A DNA stretch of 64,000 bases from an uncultured Thermoplasmatales archaeon. Lineage in GTDB: Archaea > Thermoplasmatota > E2 > UBA202 > DSCA01. This document shows positions 9,846 through 18,658 of this stretch, piece after piece. The notes beneath the pieces were generated by a model that searched no databases, was not told the origin of the DNA, and saw nothing but the letters and a program-made list of their open reading frames with translations. Numbering within the stretch: the stretch's first letter is position 1; the number at the start of each line of letters is the position of its first letter. The stretch lies in NCBI GenBank assembly GCA_964514975.1, contig CAZESS010000003.1, positions 1 to 64,000 of the forward strand, read 5' to 3'. Made by a program: the position numbers and the translations under genes.

Positions 9846-10853
9846 TCAGATGGGCGGGAGCTCCCCGGCGGGGACGCCTGCAACGTGGGCGGCACTCCGC
9901 CGGATGATCCACCAGTTGTATGCTTCCGGCAATTGCTCGCCGTTCTGCCAGGCGTAGACGTAGCGAGGTATGCCGTAGATGGTGGTGCCGAAGAACTCGT
10001 GGATGCTGCCGTTGCGCATGGGCGGTATCTCAGGGTGGTGACCGAAGAGTACCATGGTGCCGTCGCCGTGGGATGCCTCGACGCCTGCCCACTGGCCCCT
10101 GATGTCGGTGGGAACCACCCGTTTTTCGGTGCCGAGCAGGCTGTAGTAGTGCAGCGGCGCTACCGCCATGGGCTCCTCCAGGTAGGTTGCGATGGGCACC
10201 ACGTCCGTTTCGCCTGCGAGGTACATGCCGGGGCCGCCGCCGTAGACGATGTGGCGGGTGTCGCCGCCGTGGCTGGAAAAGACAGGGTGCGATGTATCGA
10301 TGCCGGTGAGCAGCGGGATGTGGTCCTCGCCGGTGTCCTTCCAGAGATATTGCCATTCCTCGCGCTGGCCGTCGTTGATGTAGACGTCGACGATGTCGAG
10401 CGACGCCGCATTTATGAACAGGTCGAATGGAACACGCGGCTGCTCGATACCCCGGGAGACGAGGTTTGCGCCGCCGCAGATGCCCAGGTAGCCGCCCCCG
10501 TCTGCGATGAACTGCCGCACCGCCGTACGCCATGCGGGCAGGAGCGCATGGAAATACTGGCGTCCGCTGGCACCGACGACCAGCACGTCGTAGCTGTCGA
10601 GGGAGCCGTCGATGACCTGCCGCCAGTCGATGAGGTCGACCTGGAGCGCATACGCCCGCGGTGCCTGCCAGCTGTAGTTGAGCGCCTCGGTGAGCTGCCG
10701 GACCGACGGGGAGATGGAATCATAGAGCGCCACATGTATGACCTGGGTTGTGGCTGCGCCGGCGTCCTGCTGCTGAACCTGGTGTGCCTCGAGCGACGTG
10801 GCGGCGGGGAGGATCAAAAGGGCGGTAACGAGCAACGCCTGTATGAATCTCAT
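9846..10853 (-). CDS. Secreted class I glutamine-amidotransferase-like (BPL-N-like) protein
   Basis: Signal peptide, GGGYLGICGGA nucleophile elbow and HPE motif. Confidence 0.65.
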   Translation of the reverse strand: MRFIQALLVTALLILPAATSLEAHQVQQQDAGAATTQVIHVALYDSISPSVRQLTEALNYSWQAPRAYALQVDLIDWRQVIDGSLDSYDVLVVGASGRQYFHALLPAWRTAVRQFIADGGGYLGICGGANLVSRGIEQPRVPFDLFINAASLDIVDVYINDGQREEWQYLWKDTGEDHIPLLTGIDTSHPVFSSHGGDTRHIVYGGGPGMYLAGETDVVPIATYLEEPMAVAPLHYYSLLGTEKRVVPTDIRGQWAGVEASHGDGTMVLFGHHPEIPPMRNGSIHEFFGTTIYGIPRYVYAWQNGEQLPEAYNWWIIRRSAAHVAGVPAGELPPI

Positions 10854-10888
10854 ACCAGTGTTAACAATTGTTGTATAAAAGCGTTGTG

Positions 10889-11914
10889 CTAGGGCGTGAT
10901 GCGCTTCAGCCGGATGTACTCGATGTCGTCGCCGACCCGGGCGAACACCATCTCCTTGCGCACCGAGTTGGCAAGGCGGACGGCGCGGCTGGCCTCAGTC
11001 CAGGTCGACGTGAAATCCTCCGGCAGAACATGGATGAGATAGGGTGCATGTCCCTCCCCGATGGGACGGCGATAGACGCGAAAATGGGAGCCGAACTTGA
11101 AGCCCGTCTTGGGAATGAGGCCCTTATCCCGCAGGCTTTTATAGGCACGCAGGCGGCGCTCGATGTCGGGCTGTATCTCCCGCGCATGCGCCATGAACGC
11201 CTCTCGTGACAGCTCCTCGCCGTTGCGGTGCAGCGTCGCACCCTTCTCGGCCACGTAGGCGGTTTCCATGAGCGATAATTGGACGACGGTGTCACCGAAC
11301 GTCCGGCCGACGTACTGCTCCTGGAGCTCTCGCGCCAGGGCGGCATCCCAGACCATGCTCCGGTCGCCCAGCAGCGTAATAACGCCCTGGTAGCCGTCAT
11401 GCTCCTCCAGAGTGCCCTGCATCCGGAAAAACTTGACATAGTAATAGGTAAGGTCGCCCTCCTCGTCCACGATGCCCACCATCAGCCGGCGACGCTGCAG
11501 CGCGTGGAGCAGCATCGCGATGGCGCGGATGGAAAACGGGGAGCGCTCCGAGAGCGCCTTGACCAGGAAATCGGGCTCGTGGGAATGCGGCGCACCACCC
11601 CGGGGGTACAGGTTCATTGCCTGCTGGCTGGTGTCGGCCACGTAGCCGCGCTGCCGCAAATCGCGATAGACAAGATAGCGTATCTCATATGCCGGGTCCT
11701 GCCGGATGCCGTGGAGCATGAGCTCCTGCAACGACTTAATAGCACCGTCCCGCAGCACCTCCAGTCGCTCTGACTCGACCAAAAACGCGGCCTCGATGAG
11801 GTCGAGATGCAGCGCGCCGTTCTCCATCCGGCCAAAATAGCCCTTGTTGTAATGCCGGGTGGCCTCTGACTGCTCGTCGACGACGACCTCGTTTCCCTGC
11901 AGATAGCCCGGCAT
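10889..11914 (-). CDS. endA: tRNA-intron endonuclease (two-unit, homodimeric type)
   Basis: Duplicated units (YLVYRDLRQRGY and YKSLRDKG); KTGFKFGSHFRVY, HAPYL and SVRK catalytic motifs. Confidence 0.92.
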   Translation of the reverse strand: MPGYLQGNEVVVDEQSEATRHYNKGYFGRMENGALHLDLIEAAFLVESERLEVLRDGAIKSLQELMLHGIRQDPAYEIRYLVYRDLRQRGYVADTSQQAMNLYPRGGAPHSHEPDFLVKALSERSPFSIRAIAMLLHALQRRRLMVGIVDEEGDLTYYYVKFFRMQGTLEEHDGYQGVITLLGDRSMVWDAALARELQEQYVGRTFGDTVVQLSLMETAYVAEKGATLHRNGEELSREAFMAHAREIQPDIERRLRAYKSLRDKGLIPKTGFKFGSHFRVYRRPIGEGHAPYLIHVLPEDFTSTWTEASRAVRLANSVRKEMVFARVGDDIEYIRLKRITP

Positions 11915-11916
11915 GG

Positions 11917-12702
11917 TTACAGCGTCCCGATGTAGTCAAGCATCGATTCGAACAGCGCCCGTCCGCCGGCCACGCCGTCGTCCTGATGCTGCCAGCTGTG
12001 GAAGGAGCGCTCAGGGTGCGGCATCATGCCCAGCACGTTGCCCGCAGGGGTGCACAGCCCGGCGATGTTGCCGATGGAGCCGTTGGGGTTCCAGGGATAG
12101 CCTTCAAGGGTGCCTCGGTCGTCCACGTAGTGGAACACGATACATCCCTCGTCCTCGAGCCGCTCCACGATGCGCTGCTCCCGTCCCTGCGGCAGCATGA
12201 GCTTGCCCTCCATGTGCGCCGAAGGAATCAGCCGGATGTCGCCCTCCGGGATACGCGAGGTGAGCGGGCAGGCATGGTCATGGCGAAGCAGCGTCGGCCG
12301 GCATTCAAACCGGTTTGAATCGTTGACGGCCAGGCATGCCTCGGGCGTCATGCTGATGCCGTCCAGGCCGGGCAGCAGCCCGAGCTCCATCAGCACCTGG
12401 AAGCCGTTGCAGACGCCCACCACGGGATAGCCATCGCCGACAAAGGAGCAGAGTTCTTCCCTGAGCAGCGCCTTGATGCGCGCGGCAAAAATCGCGCCCG
12501 CCCGGACGTAGTCGCCGGCTGAGAAGCCGCCCGGAATGAACACGCCCTGGTAGTCGAACAGCGATACATCACCGCGGCTGAACATGTTGAGATGCACGTA
12601 TTCGGGATGGGCGCCGAGCTCGGCGAACGCCCGGTATGATTCCTCCTCGCAGTTGGTACCCTCGATGCGAAGAATGGCGATACGGATGTCAGATGGATGC
12701 AC
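11917..12702 (-). CDS. purQ: Phosphoribosylformylglycinamidine synthase glutaminase subunit
   Basis: GTNCE, PGGFSAGDY, GVCNGFQ, NPNGS and MMPHPER motifs. Confidence 0.95.
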   Translation of the reverse strand: MHPSDIRIAILRIEGTNCEEESYRAFAELGAHPEYVHLNMFSRGDVSLFDYQGVFIPGGFSAGDYVRAGAIFAARIKALLREELCSFVGDGYPVVGVCNGFQVLMELGLLPGLDGISMTPEACLAVNDSNRFECRPTLLRHDHACPLTSRIPEGDIRLIPSAHMEGKLMLPQGREQRIVERLEDEGCIVFHYVDDRGTLEGYPWNPNGSIGNIAGLCTPAGNVLGMMPHPERSFHSWQHQDDGVAGGRALFESMLDYIGTL

Positions 12703-12731
12703 GGTGGTAATAAGGGCGGGGATATAAGAAA

Positions 12732-13061
12732 TTAGTCCCCTTCAAGCGTGGGAGGCTGTTCCCCCGTCGCAGGGACGTCCATGAGCGCCCTGATGAGGCT
12801 GACGACGTTGGCGGCTCCCTTCATAAACATGGTGTAGGTGGCATCCGCGGTGCACACCCGCAGTTTTTTGAAAATAAGACCCGTCGTCTCAACCGACTGG
12901 ATGTCACCCAGCCTGACGTCGACCTGCCGGGCGCCCCGCATCGGGCAAAACGACAGCCGCCACGTGGTCACATACAGGATACCGACCGACCTGCCACCCC
13001 TGATGCGGATGTTGGCACGACGCCGCAGGACGATGCCCTCATCGTCGTCGGTGGATAGCAC
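12732..13061 (-). CDS. Small PH/GRAM-like domain protein
   Basis: G.LYVT..RL.F...I..VE pattern typical of GRAM/bacterial PH folds. Confidence 0.45.
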   Translation of the reverse strand: MLSTDDDEGIVLRRRANIRIRGGRSVGILYVTTWRLSFCPMRGARQVDVRLGDIQSVETTGLIFKKLRVCTADATYTMFMKGAANVVSLIRALMDVPATGEQPPTLEGD

Positions 13062-13101
13062 ATGACACTATCCCCGGGTGCTTTAAATGATTACCGCAGC
13101 C

Positions 13102-15099
13102 TCACAGGAAGACCGGCAGGAACACCAGCGATACAATCGACATCAGCTTGATCAGGATGTTCAGCGACGGGCCCGAGGTATCCTTGCAGGGATCGCCCAC
13201 GGTGTCGCCGACCACGGCCGCCTTGTGCGCCTCGCTGTTCTTGCCCCCAAAATTGCCGGCCTCGATATACTTTTTGGCATTATCCCAGGCACCCCCCGCG
13301 TTGGCCAGAAAGATGGCGAGCAGGAACCCCGTAGCGGTAGCGCCAGCCAGCAGCCCGACCAGAGCGCCGACATCCCACAGGCCGACGGCTATCGGTGCGG
13401 CGATGGCGATGACAACGGGCAAAATCATCTCGACGAGGGCACCACGCGTCGCAATCTTGACGCAGCGCTGGTAGTCGGGATCGCCCCTGCCCTCGAGGAT
13501 GCCGAGCTCCCGGAACTGCCGGCGGACCTCGTCCACCATTTTCTGCGCCGTCCTGCCGACGGCGCCCATGGTCAGTGCCGAAAACAGGAATGGAAGCATT
13601 GCGCCGATGAACAGGCCGGCCATGACCGCCGGCCGGTCGAGCGCAATGATAACGTCCGTGTCCACCGACTTCACGAAGGTGAAAACGAGCGCAAGGGCGG
13701 TGATGGCCGCCGAGCCAATGGCAAAGCCCTTGCCCATCGCCGCCGTGGTGTTGCCGACTGCATCGAGCCCTTCCGCCTTCTCCCGGATGTCGGAGCCCAT
13801 GTCCGCCATCTCGGCGATGCCGGCCGCGTTGTCGGCCACCGGGCCGTAGCAGTCGTTGGCCAGCGACATCCCCAGCGTCGAGAGCATGCCAACCGCCGCC
13901 AGGGCAACGCCGTAAAAATCGGCGAAATGATAGGCCAGTACCATGGCCACGGCGGTGGCGATGATGGGGATGACGACGCTCAGCATGCCGACGGACATAC
14001 CCCTGATGATGTTCGTGGCGGGGCCGGTCTGCGCCGCCTCTGCAATGGACTGGGTCGGCCGCCGCTCGTCCGAGGTGAAGTACTCCGTGGCAAGCCCGAT
14101 AATGATGCCGTCGACGAGGCCAACCAGGATGGCGTAATACGGCTCCATGTTTTTGTCGAGCATGAAATAGGTGGCGATGAAGGCAACGACGGCGAAGATG
14201 ACAGCCGAGCCAAACAGTCCGTTGCGCAATGCAGCATAGGCGTTCTTGCCCCGCACGAAGAGCATCGCAGCGATAGAGGACAACACGCCGAGGCCCACGA
14301 TGACGAGCGGATAGAGTTCCTCTGACGCAGAGAGACTGAGCAGCAGGGCCAGCGAAATGGCAGCTATGATTGAGTCCACATATGACTCGAACAAATCGGC
14401 GCCCATGCCCGCCACGTCGCCAACGTTGTCACCGACGTTGTCCGCGATGGCAGCGGGATTGCGCGGGTCGTCCTCGGGGATGCCCTCCTCGACCTTGCCG
14501 ACGATGTCCGCGCCGACGTCGGCCGACTTGGTGTAGATGCCGCCGCCGACCCTGGCAAAGAGCGCGATGCTGCTGGCGCCGAAGCCAAAGCTGAACAGGA
14601 TGCTGCGGAGCGCCTCCCCGCTCACGTTCAGCCAGGTACCGAATGCCCAGTAGAAGAGGGAGACGCCGATGATGCCCAGGCCAACGACGGAAAGACCCAT
14701 GACGGCGCCGGACGAAAACGCGATGCGGAGCCCCTCCATGAAATGGCCTTTCACGGCTTCGGCCGTCCGGGCGTTGGAACGCGTGGCGATACGCATGCCG
14801 ATGTTGCCAGCCAGCGCCGAAAAAATCGCGCCGACAAGGAACGAAAGCGAGCTCTCCCATGGCAAATCGCCGGTGATCTGCGAGATGGCCAGCAGGATGC
14901 CCATAACCACCACGACGAAGACGGCGATGGTCCGGTATTCCTCGTTGAGAAACGTCATCGCACCCCGATAGATGCTGTCGGACAGCTCCTGCATCCGGTC
15001 GGTACCGACGGGCTTCGCCAGGATGTAGTAGACGAGATAGGCCGCCGTGGCGATAGCGGCAGCGCCTGCAATCGGTGGTATAATCTCTATGCCAATCAT
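13102..15099 (-). CDS. hppA: Membrane-bound ion-translocating pyrophosphatase, K+-dependent, likely Na+-pumping
   Basis: DVGADIVGKVE, EDDPRN, DNVGDNVGD, GNTTAA (Ala marks the K+-dependent type), DLFESY and GDTVGDP.KD motifs. Confidence 0.93.
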   Translation of the reverse strand: MIGIEIIPPIAGAAAIATAAYLVYYILAKPVGTDRMQELSDSIYRGAMTFLNEEYRTIAVFVVVVMGILLAISQITGDLPWESSLSFLVGAIFSALAGNIGMRIATRSNARTAEAVKGHFMEGLRIAFSSGAVMGLSVVGLGIIGVSLFYWAFGTWLNVSGEALRSILFSFGFGASSIALFARVGGGIYTKSADVGADIVGKVEEGIPEDDPRNPAAIADNVGDNVGDVAGMGADLFESYVDSIIAAISLALLLSLSASEELYPLVIVGLGVLSSIAAMLFVRGKNAYAALRNGLFGSAVIFAVVAFIATYFMLDKNMEPYYAILVGLVDGIIIGLATEYFTSDERRPTQSIAEAAQTGPATNIIRGMSVGMLSVVIPIIATAVAMVLAYHFADFYGVALAAVGMLSTLGMSLANDCYGPVADNAAGIAEMADMGSDIREKAEGLDAVGNTTAAMGKGFAIGSAAITALALVFTFVKSVDTDVIIALDRPAVMAGLFIGAMLPFLFSALTMGAVGRTAQKMVDEVRRQFRELGILEGRGDPDYQRCVKIATRGALVEMILPVVIAIAAPIAVGLWDVGALVGLLAGATATGFLLAIFLANAGGAWDNAKKYIEAGNFGGKNSEAHKAAVVGDTVGDPCKDTSGPSLNILIKLMSIVSLVFLPVFL

Positions 15100-15292
15100 G
15101 AGGGGGGAAAGAGCGAATGATATTTAAATATTGGGCAGACGAACCAGAGGCTGACAGAGGAAAAGCGCTGCGACAGCATCCGGCCTGAGCGTCACGCACA
15201 ACGCCCATGGGATATCACCCGCCTGCCATACAAAGCCACTCATGCCACACCCAGCGGCGATAGTGATATATAAAGACACGTGGTTTAGTAAC

Positions 15293-17269
15293 ATGTGCCC
15301 CAGCGGGCATCACACGGACCAAACGGGCGGCCACGACCGTCAGCCGGGCGCGGAGCAAACGGGCACCGGGCGGCAGTCCGCCGGACGAGCCAGTGACAAC
15401 GAGAACATGTACCGGCGCCTCTTCGAGCGGATGCGCGACCCATTGTACATCAGCACCCGGGACGGCGCCTTCATCGAGGTGAACCGGGCGATGGTTGACC
15501 TGCTCGGCTACGACGGCGCGGAGGAGCTCTGCGCCATCGACATCGCCCATGAATTTTATGCCAGCCCCGAGGAGCGGGAGCGGCTGCTCCAGGAGATCGC
15601 GCAACGGGGCTACGCGCAGGACTACGAGGTCACCATCAAAAAGAAGGACGGCACGGTGCTCACCGTGCTCGAGACCTGCCATGAGCAGTATGACAACAAT
15701 GGCATGGTCACCGGGTACGAGGGTATCATCCGGAACGTCACCCGGCAGAAGCGGGAGGAAAACATCCGCGGCGCGCTCTACCGCATCTCCGAGGCGACCC
15801 ATGCCACGAGAGATTTCAGCGACCTGCTCCGGACCATCCACGAAATCATAGACGGGCTGATGCCAGCGCGGAATTTTTTTATCGCGCTGTACGACGAGGG
15901 CAGCGGGTACAGCCTCCCCTATTTTGTGGATGCATACGGCGAGCGTCCACCGCCGGAGCGCCTGCGGGACGGCATGACGGGCTACGTGCGCCGCACCGGG
16001 CAGTCGTTGCTCGCTACGCCCGAGAAAGCGGCGGAGCTCATCGCCCATGGGGACATCGAGCGCATCAGCACGCCGTCGGTCTGCTGGCTGGGCGTCCCGC
16101 TACGCAGCCATGATGCCATCATCGGCGTCCTGGCGACGCAGAGCTACACCCCCGGGATGGTCTACGACGAGGCGGACCGGGAGGTGCTCGAGTTCGTGTC
16201 GATCCAGGTTGCCATGGCCATCGAGCGGAAGAAAACCGAGGAGGAGCTCCGCATGTCCGAGAAAAGCTACCGGGAGCTGTTCGATAGCGGCACCGACGCC
16301 ATCTACATCCAGGACCGGGAGGGACGGTTCGTGGACGTCAACCGGGGCGCCGCGGAGATGTACGGCTATCCCCGCAGCGCTTTTATCGGCAGGACGCCCG
16401 AGATGCTGGCAGCCCCGGGCAAAAACGACATGGAGAGAACGCTGGAGCGCGTCGAGCAGGCGTTCGACGGGGTTCCGCAGCAGTTCGAGTTCTGGGGCCA
16501 ACGCAGCAACGGCGAGGTGTTCCCCAAGGACGTCCGCCTGTCCAGAGGGCGTTTTTTCGGCCAGGACGTCGTGTTCGCCTTCGCCCGGGATGTCACCGAG
16601 CGGATGCGGCGGGAGGAGGGCATCAGGCAGCTCAACGAGGTGCTCGGGCTGACGAACAAGATACTGCGGCACGACATCCTCAACGACCTCAATGTCATCA
16701 GAGGGGCAGCGGAGCTTTACACGGAGGACAACGACCCCGCGATGCTGAACCGTGTGTTCACGCGGATTGACAAGAGCGTCCGGCTGATCCGGCGGATGAA
16801 GGACCTGGAGGCGCTCATCGTGTCACAGGGAACGCCGGAGGTGCACGACGCCCGGGACGAGATACGGGAGGTGCTGGACGCCTATGACGTCGCCGCTGCC
16901 ATACATGGAGATGGCCGGGTCTGCGCGGATGATGCCTTCCACTCGGTCATCGACAACATCGTGCGGAACGCCGTCGTCCACGGCGGCACCGACCATATCG
17001 ACGTCGGCATCAGCGATGACGGCCAATGCGTGATACGTATCGCCGACGAGGGCACGGGCATCCCCGACGACATCAAGGAGCGGGTGTTCGAGGAACGGTT
17101 CAGCCACGGCGTCCATGGGGGGTCAGGCCTCGGCCTATACATCGTCAAAAAAACCGTGGAGCGCTACGGCGGCTCCATAGCCATCGAGGACAACGAGCCA
17201 CAGGGCACCATTGTGGTATTGCGGCTGCCGTCTGCCCCCGGGGCGGCTACCCCGCCAGGATGTCGCTGA
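15293..17269 (+). CDS. Cytoplasmic PAS-GAF-PAS sensor histidine kinase
   Basis: Two PAS/PAC domains and a GAF domain, H-box RHDILNDL, N-box NIVRNA, DEGTGIP and GSGLGL. A TATA box at ~15266-15273 supports a start at 15293. Confidence 0.9.
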   Translation: MCPSGHHTDQTGGHDRQPGAEQTGTGRQSAGRASDNENMYRRLFERMRDPLYISTRDGAFIEVNRAMVDLLGYDGAEELCAIDIAHEFYASPEERERLLQEIAQRGYAQDYEVTIKKKDGTVLTVLETCHEQYDNNGMVTGYEGIIRNVTRQKREENIRGALYRISEATHATRDFSDLLRTIHEIIDGLMPARNFFIALYDEGSGYSLPYFVDAYGERPPPERLRDGMTGYVRRTGQSLLATPEKAAELIAHGDIERISTPSVCWLGVPLRSHDAIIGVLATQSYTPGMVYDEADREVLEFVSIQVAMAIERKKTEEELRMSEKSYRELFDSGTDAIYIQDREGRFVDVNRGAAEMYGYPRSAFIGRTPEMLAAPGKNDMERTLERVEQAFDGVPQQFEFWGQRSNGEVFPKDVRLSRGRFFGQDVVFAFARDVTERMRREEGIRQLNEVLGLTNKILRHDILNDLNVIRGAAELYTEDNDPAMLNRVFTRIDKSVRLIRRMKDLEALIVSQGTPEVHDARDEIREVLDAYDVAAAIHGDGRVCADDAFHSVIDNIVRNAVVHGGTDHIDVGISDDGQCVIRIADEGTGIPDDIKERVFEERFSHGVHGGSGLGLYIVKKTVERYGGSIAIEDNEPQGTIVVLRLPSAPGAATPPGCR

Positions 17270-18536
17270 TTTTTTTCATGAGCTTGGGCAGCGGCATCGT
17301 TTTATCGATGACGTCGACGGCGCCGGCCTCGCAGAGCCGCTGCACCCAGGAAGTATTGCACCAGCTGGTGTACCCGTAGACGGTGGCATCGGGGTCGATG
17401 TCCAGGAACTTCCCGGTGACGGCAACGCCATCGAGGGAGCTGCCGCTTCCGGGGAAACGAAGGTCAACCAGGACGAGATCCGGAGAGCGGTTGCTGTGCT
17501 GCAGCATCCGATACCGGGTGATCGCTTCCTCGCCGTCGAAGGCCTGGTAGGTGGTGATGGATTCGTGAAGCGATGCTATGTGCTGCGACAGCATGTCCAC
17601 GATGGCCTCGTCGGCGTTGACGAGCAGCACGACACGGTCCGACATGTCCCCGGGAATGGTCGAAGATTGCGGCGCAGCGGGGCGCTGTTCCTCCTCCCTC
17701 TCGGTGCCCCGCAGCATGGTGGTCACCGAATGCTCGATGCGCTTGACGGCCCGGCGCATCTTCCAGATGGTCTGCTTGACCCGCGGGGAGATGTCCTCCT
17801 CGAGTATGAGGTAGTCCATGTACCCCCGCGCGATGCACAGGGGGTTGATGTACCGGTGGGCGACCGCTCTGCGGAGACCATGTTCTTTTTGCAGCGCCGC
17901 CTCCCGTTCCTGGAACGCCTTCATCATGCGGTGCTCCGCCTTTTTTTGCCGGGTGATGTCTTCGAGGAACCCGTCGATGGAGATGGGAACGCCGTTTTTT
18001 TCAATGAGGCGGGCGGTCATGTTGACCCAGATGGACGTGCCGTCCTTCCGCTGCATCTCGAACAGGCGACCGGAGATGTATCCCTGCTCGTGGAGGGCGC
18101 TGAAGAACGCGTCGGCGTCCTCCTCCCGGAACAGCACGGCAGGTGGCGTGTCGATGAACTCCTGCTTGTCCGCGTATCCAAATATTTCCATCATCGCCCT
18201 GTTCGCCTCCGTGAATGCCGGGGCATCGGTGGCGGTGATACGGAAGATGCCGGCGCTGATGTTTTCGACCAGCGTCCGGTATTTTTCCTCGCTTTCCCGC
18301 AGCTCCCTGGTTCGCTCCTCGACCGTGTCGTCGAGCGTCCGCTTGAGGTGCACGAGCCGCTCGTACAGGTAGGCGATGGCCAGCAGGGCTGGTAGCGGCA
18401 GGAGCCCCATGAAGGAAACGAGCTCGAAATCGCCGTAGAGGTATTGATGGAAAAGATACAGGCCGGTGGTCACGAAGCCGAGATAGGCCAGCAGGATGCC
18501 CCATGCATACTTCACCAGAATCGGTTTTGGGTTCAT
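17247..18536 (-). CDS. Membrane PAS + HisKA-like + receiver protein lacking an ATPase domain
   Basis: Two TM helices, PAS/PAC, AHRYINPL (H-box-like) and a receiver (PDLVLVDLRFP...DG...K); no G-box motifs. Confidence 0.75.
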   Translation of the reverse strand: MNPKPILVKYAWGILLAYLGFVTTGLYLFHQYLYGDFELVSFMGLLPLPALLAIAYLYERLVHLKRTLDDTVEERTRELRESEEKYRTLVENISAGIFRITATDAPAFTEANRAMMEIFGYADKQEFIDTPPAVLFREEDADAFFSALHEQGYISGRLFEMQRKDGTSIWVNMTARLIEKNGVPISIDGFLEDITRQKKAEHRMMKAFQEREAALQKEHGLRRAVAHRYINPLCIARGYMDYLILEEDISPRVKQTIWKMRRAVKRIEHSVTTMLRGTEREEEQRPAAPQSSTIPGDMSDRVVLLVNADEAIVDMLSQHIASLHESITTYQAFDGEEAITRYRMLQHSNRSPDLVLVDLRFPGSGSSLDGVAVTGKFLDIDPDATVYGYTSWCNTSWVQRLCEAGAVDVIDKTMPLPKLMKKISDILAG

Positions 18537-18658
18537 GGCCCCGGATACCCCTCCACAACCAGGCGTTTTATTTAAATGGTTTGGAATGCAGGATGTCCCA
18601 CAGCAATGGGCAGCACATTTAAAACAGCGACGCCGTTTATATCATGGAGGTACGGAAC

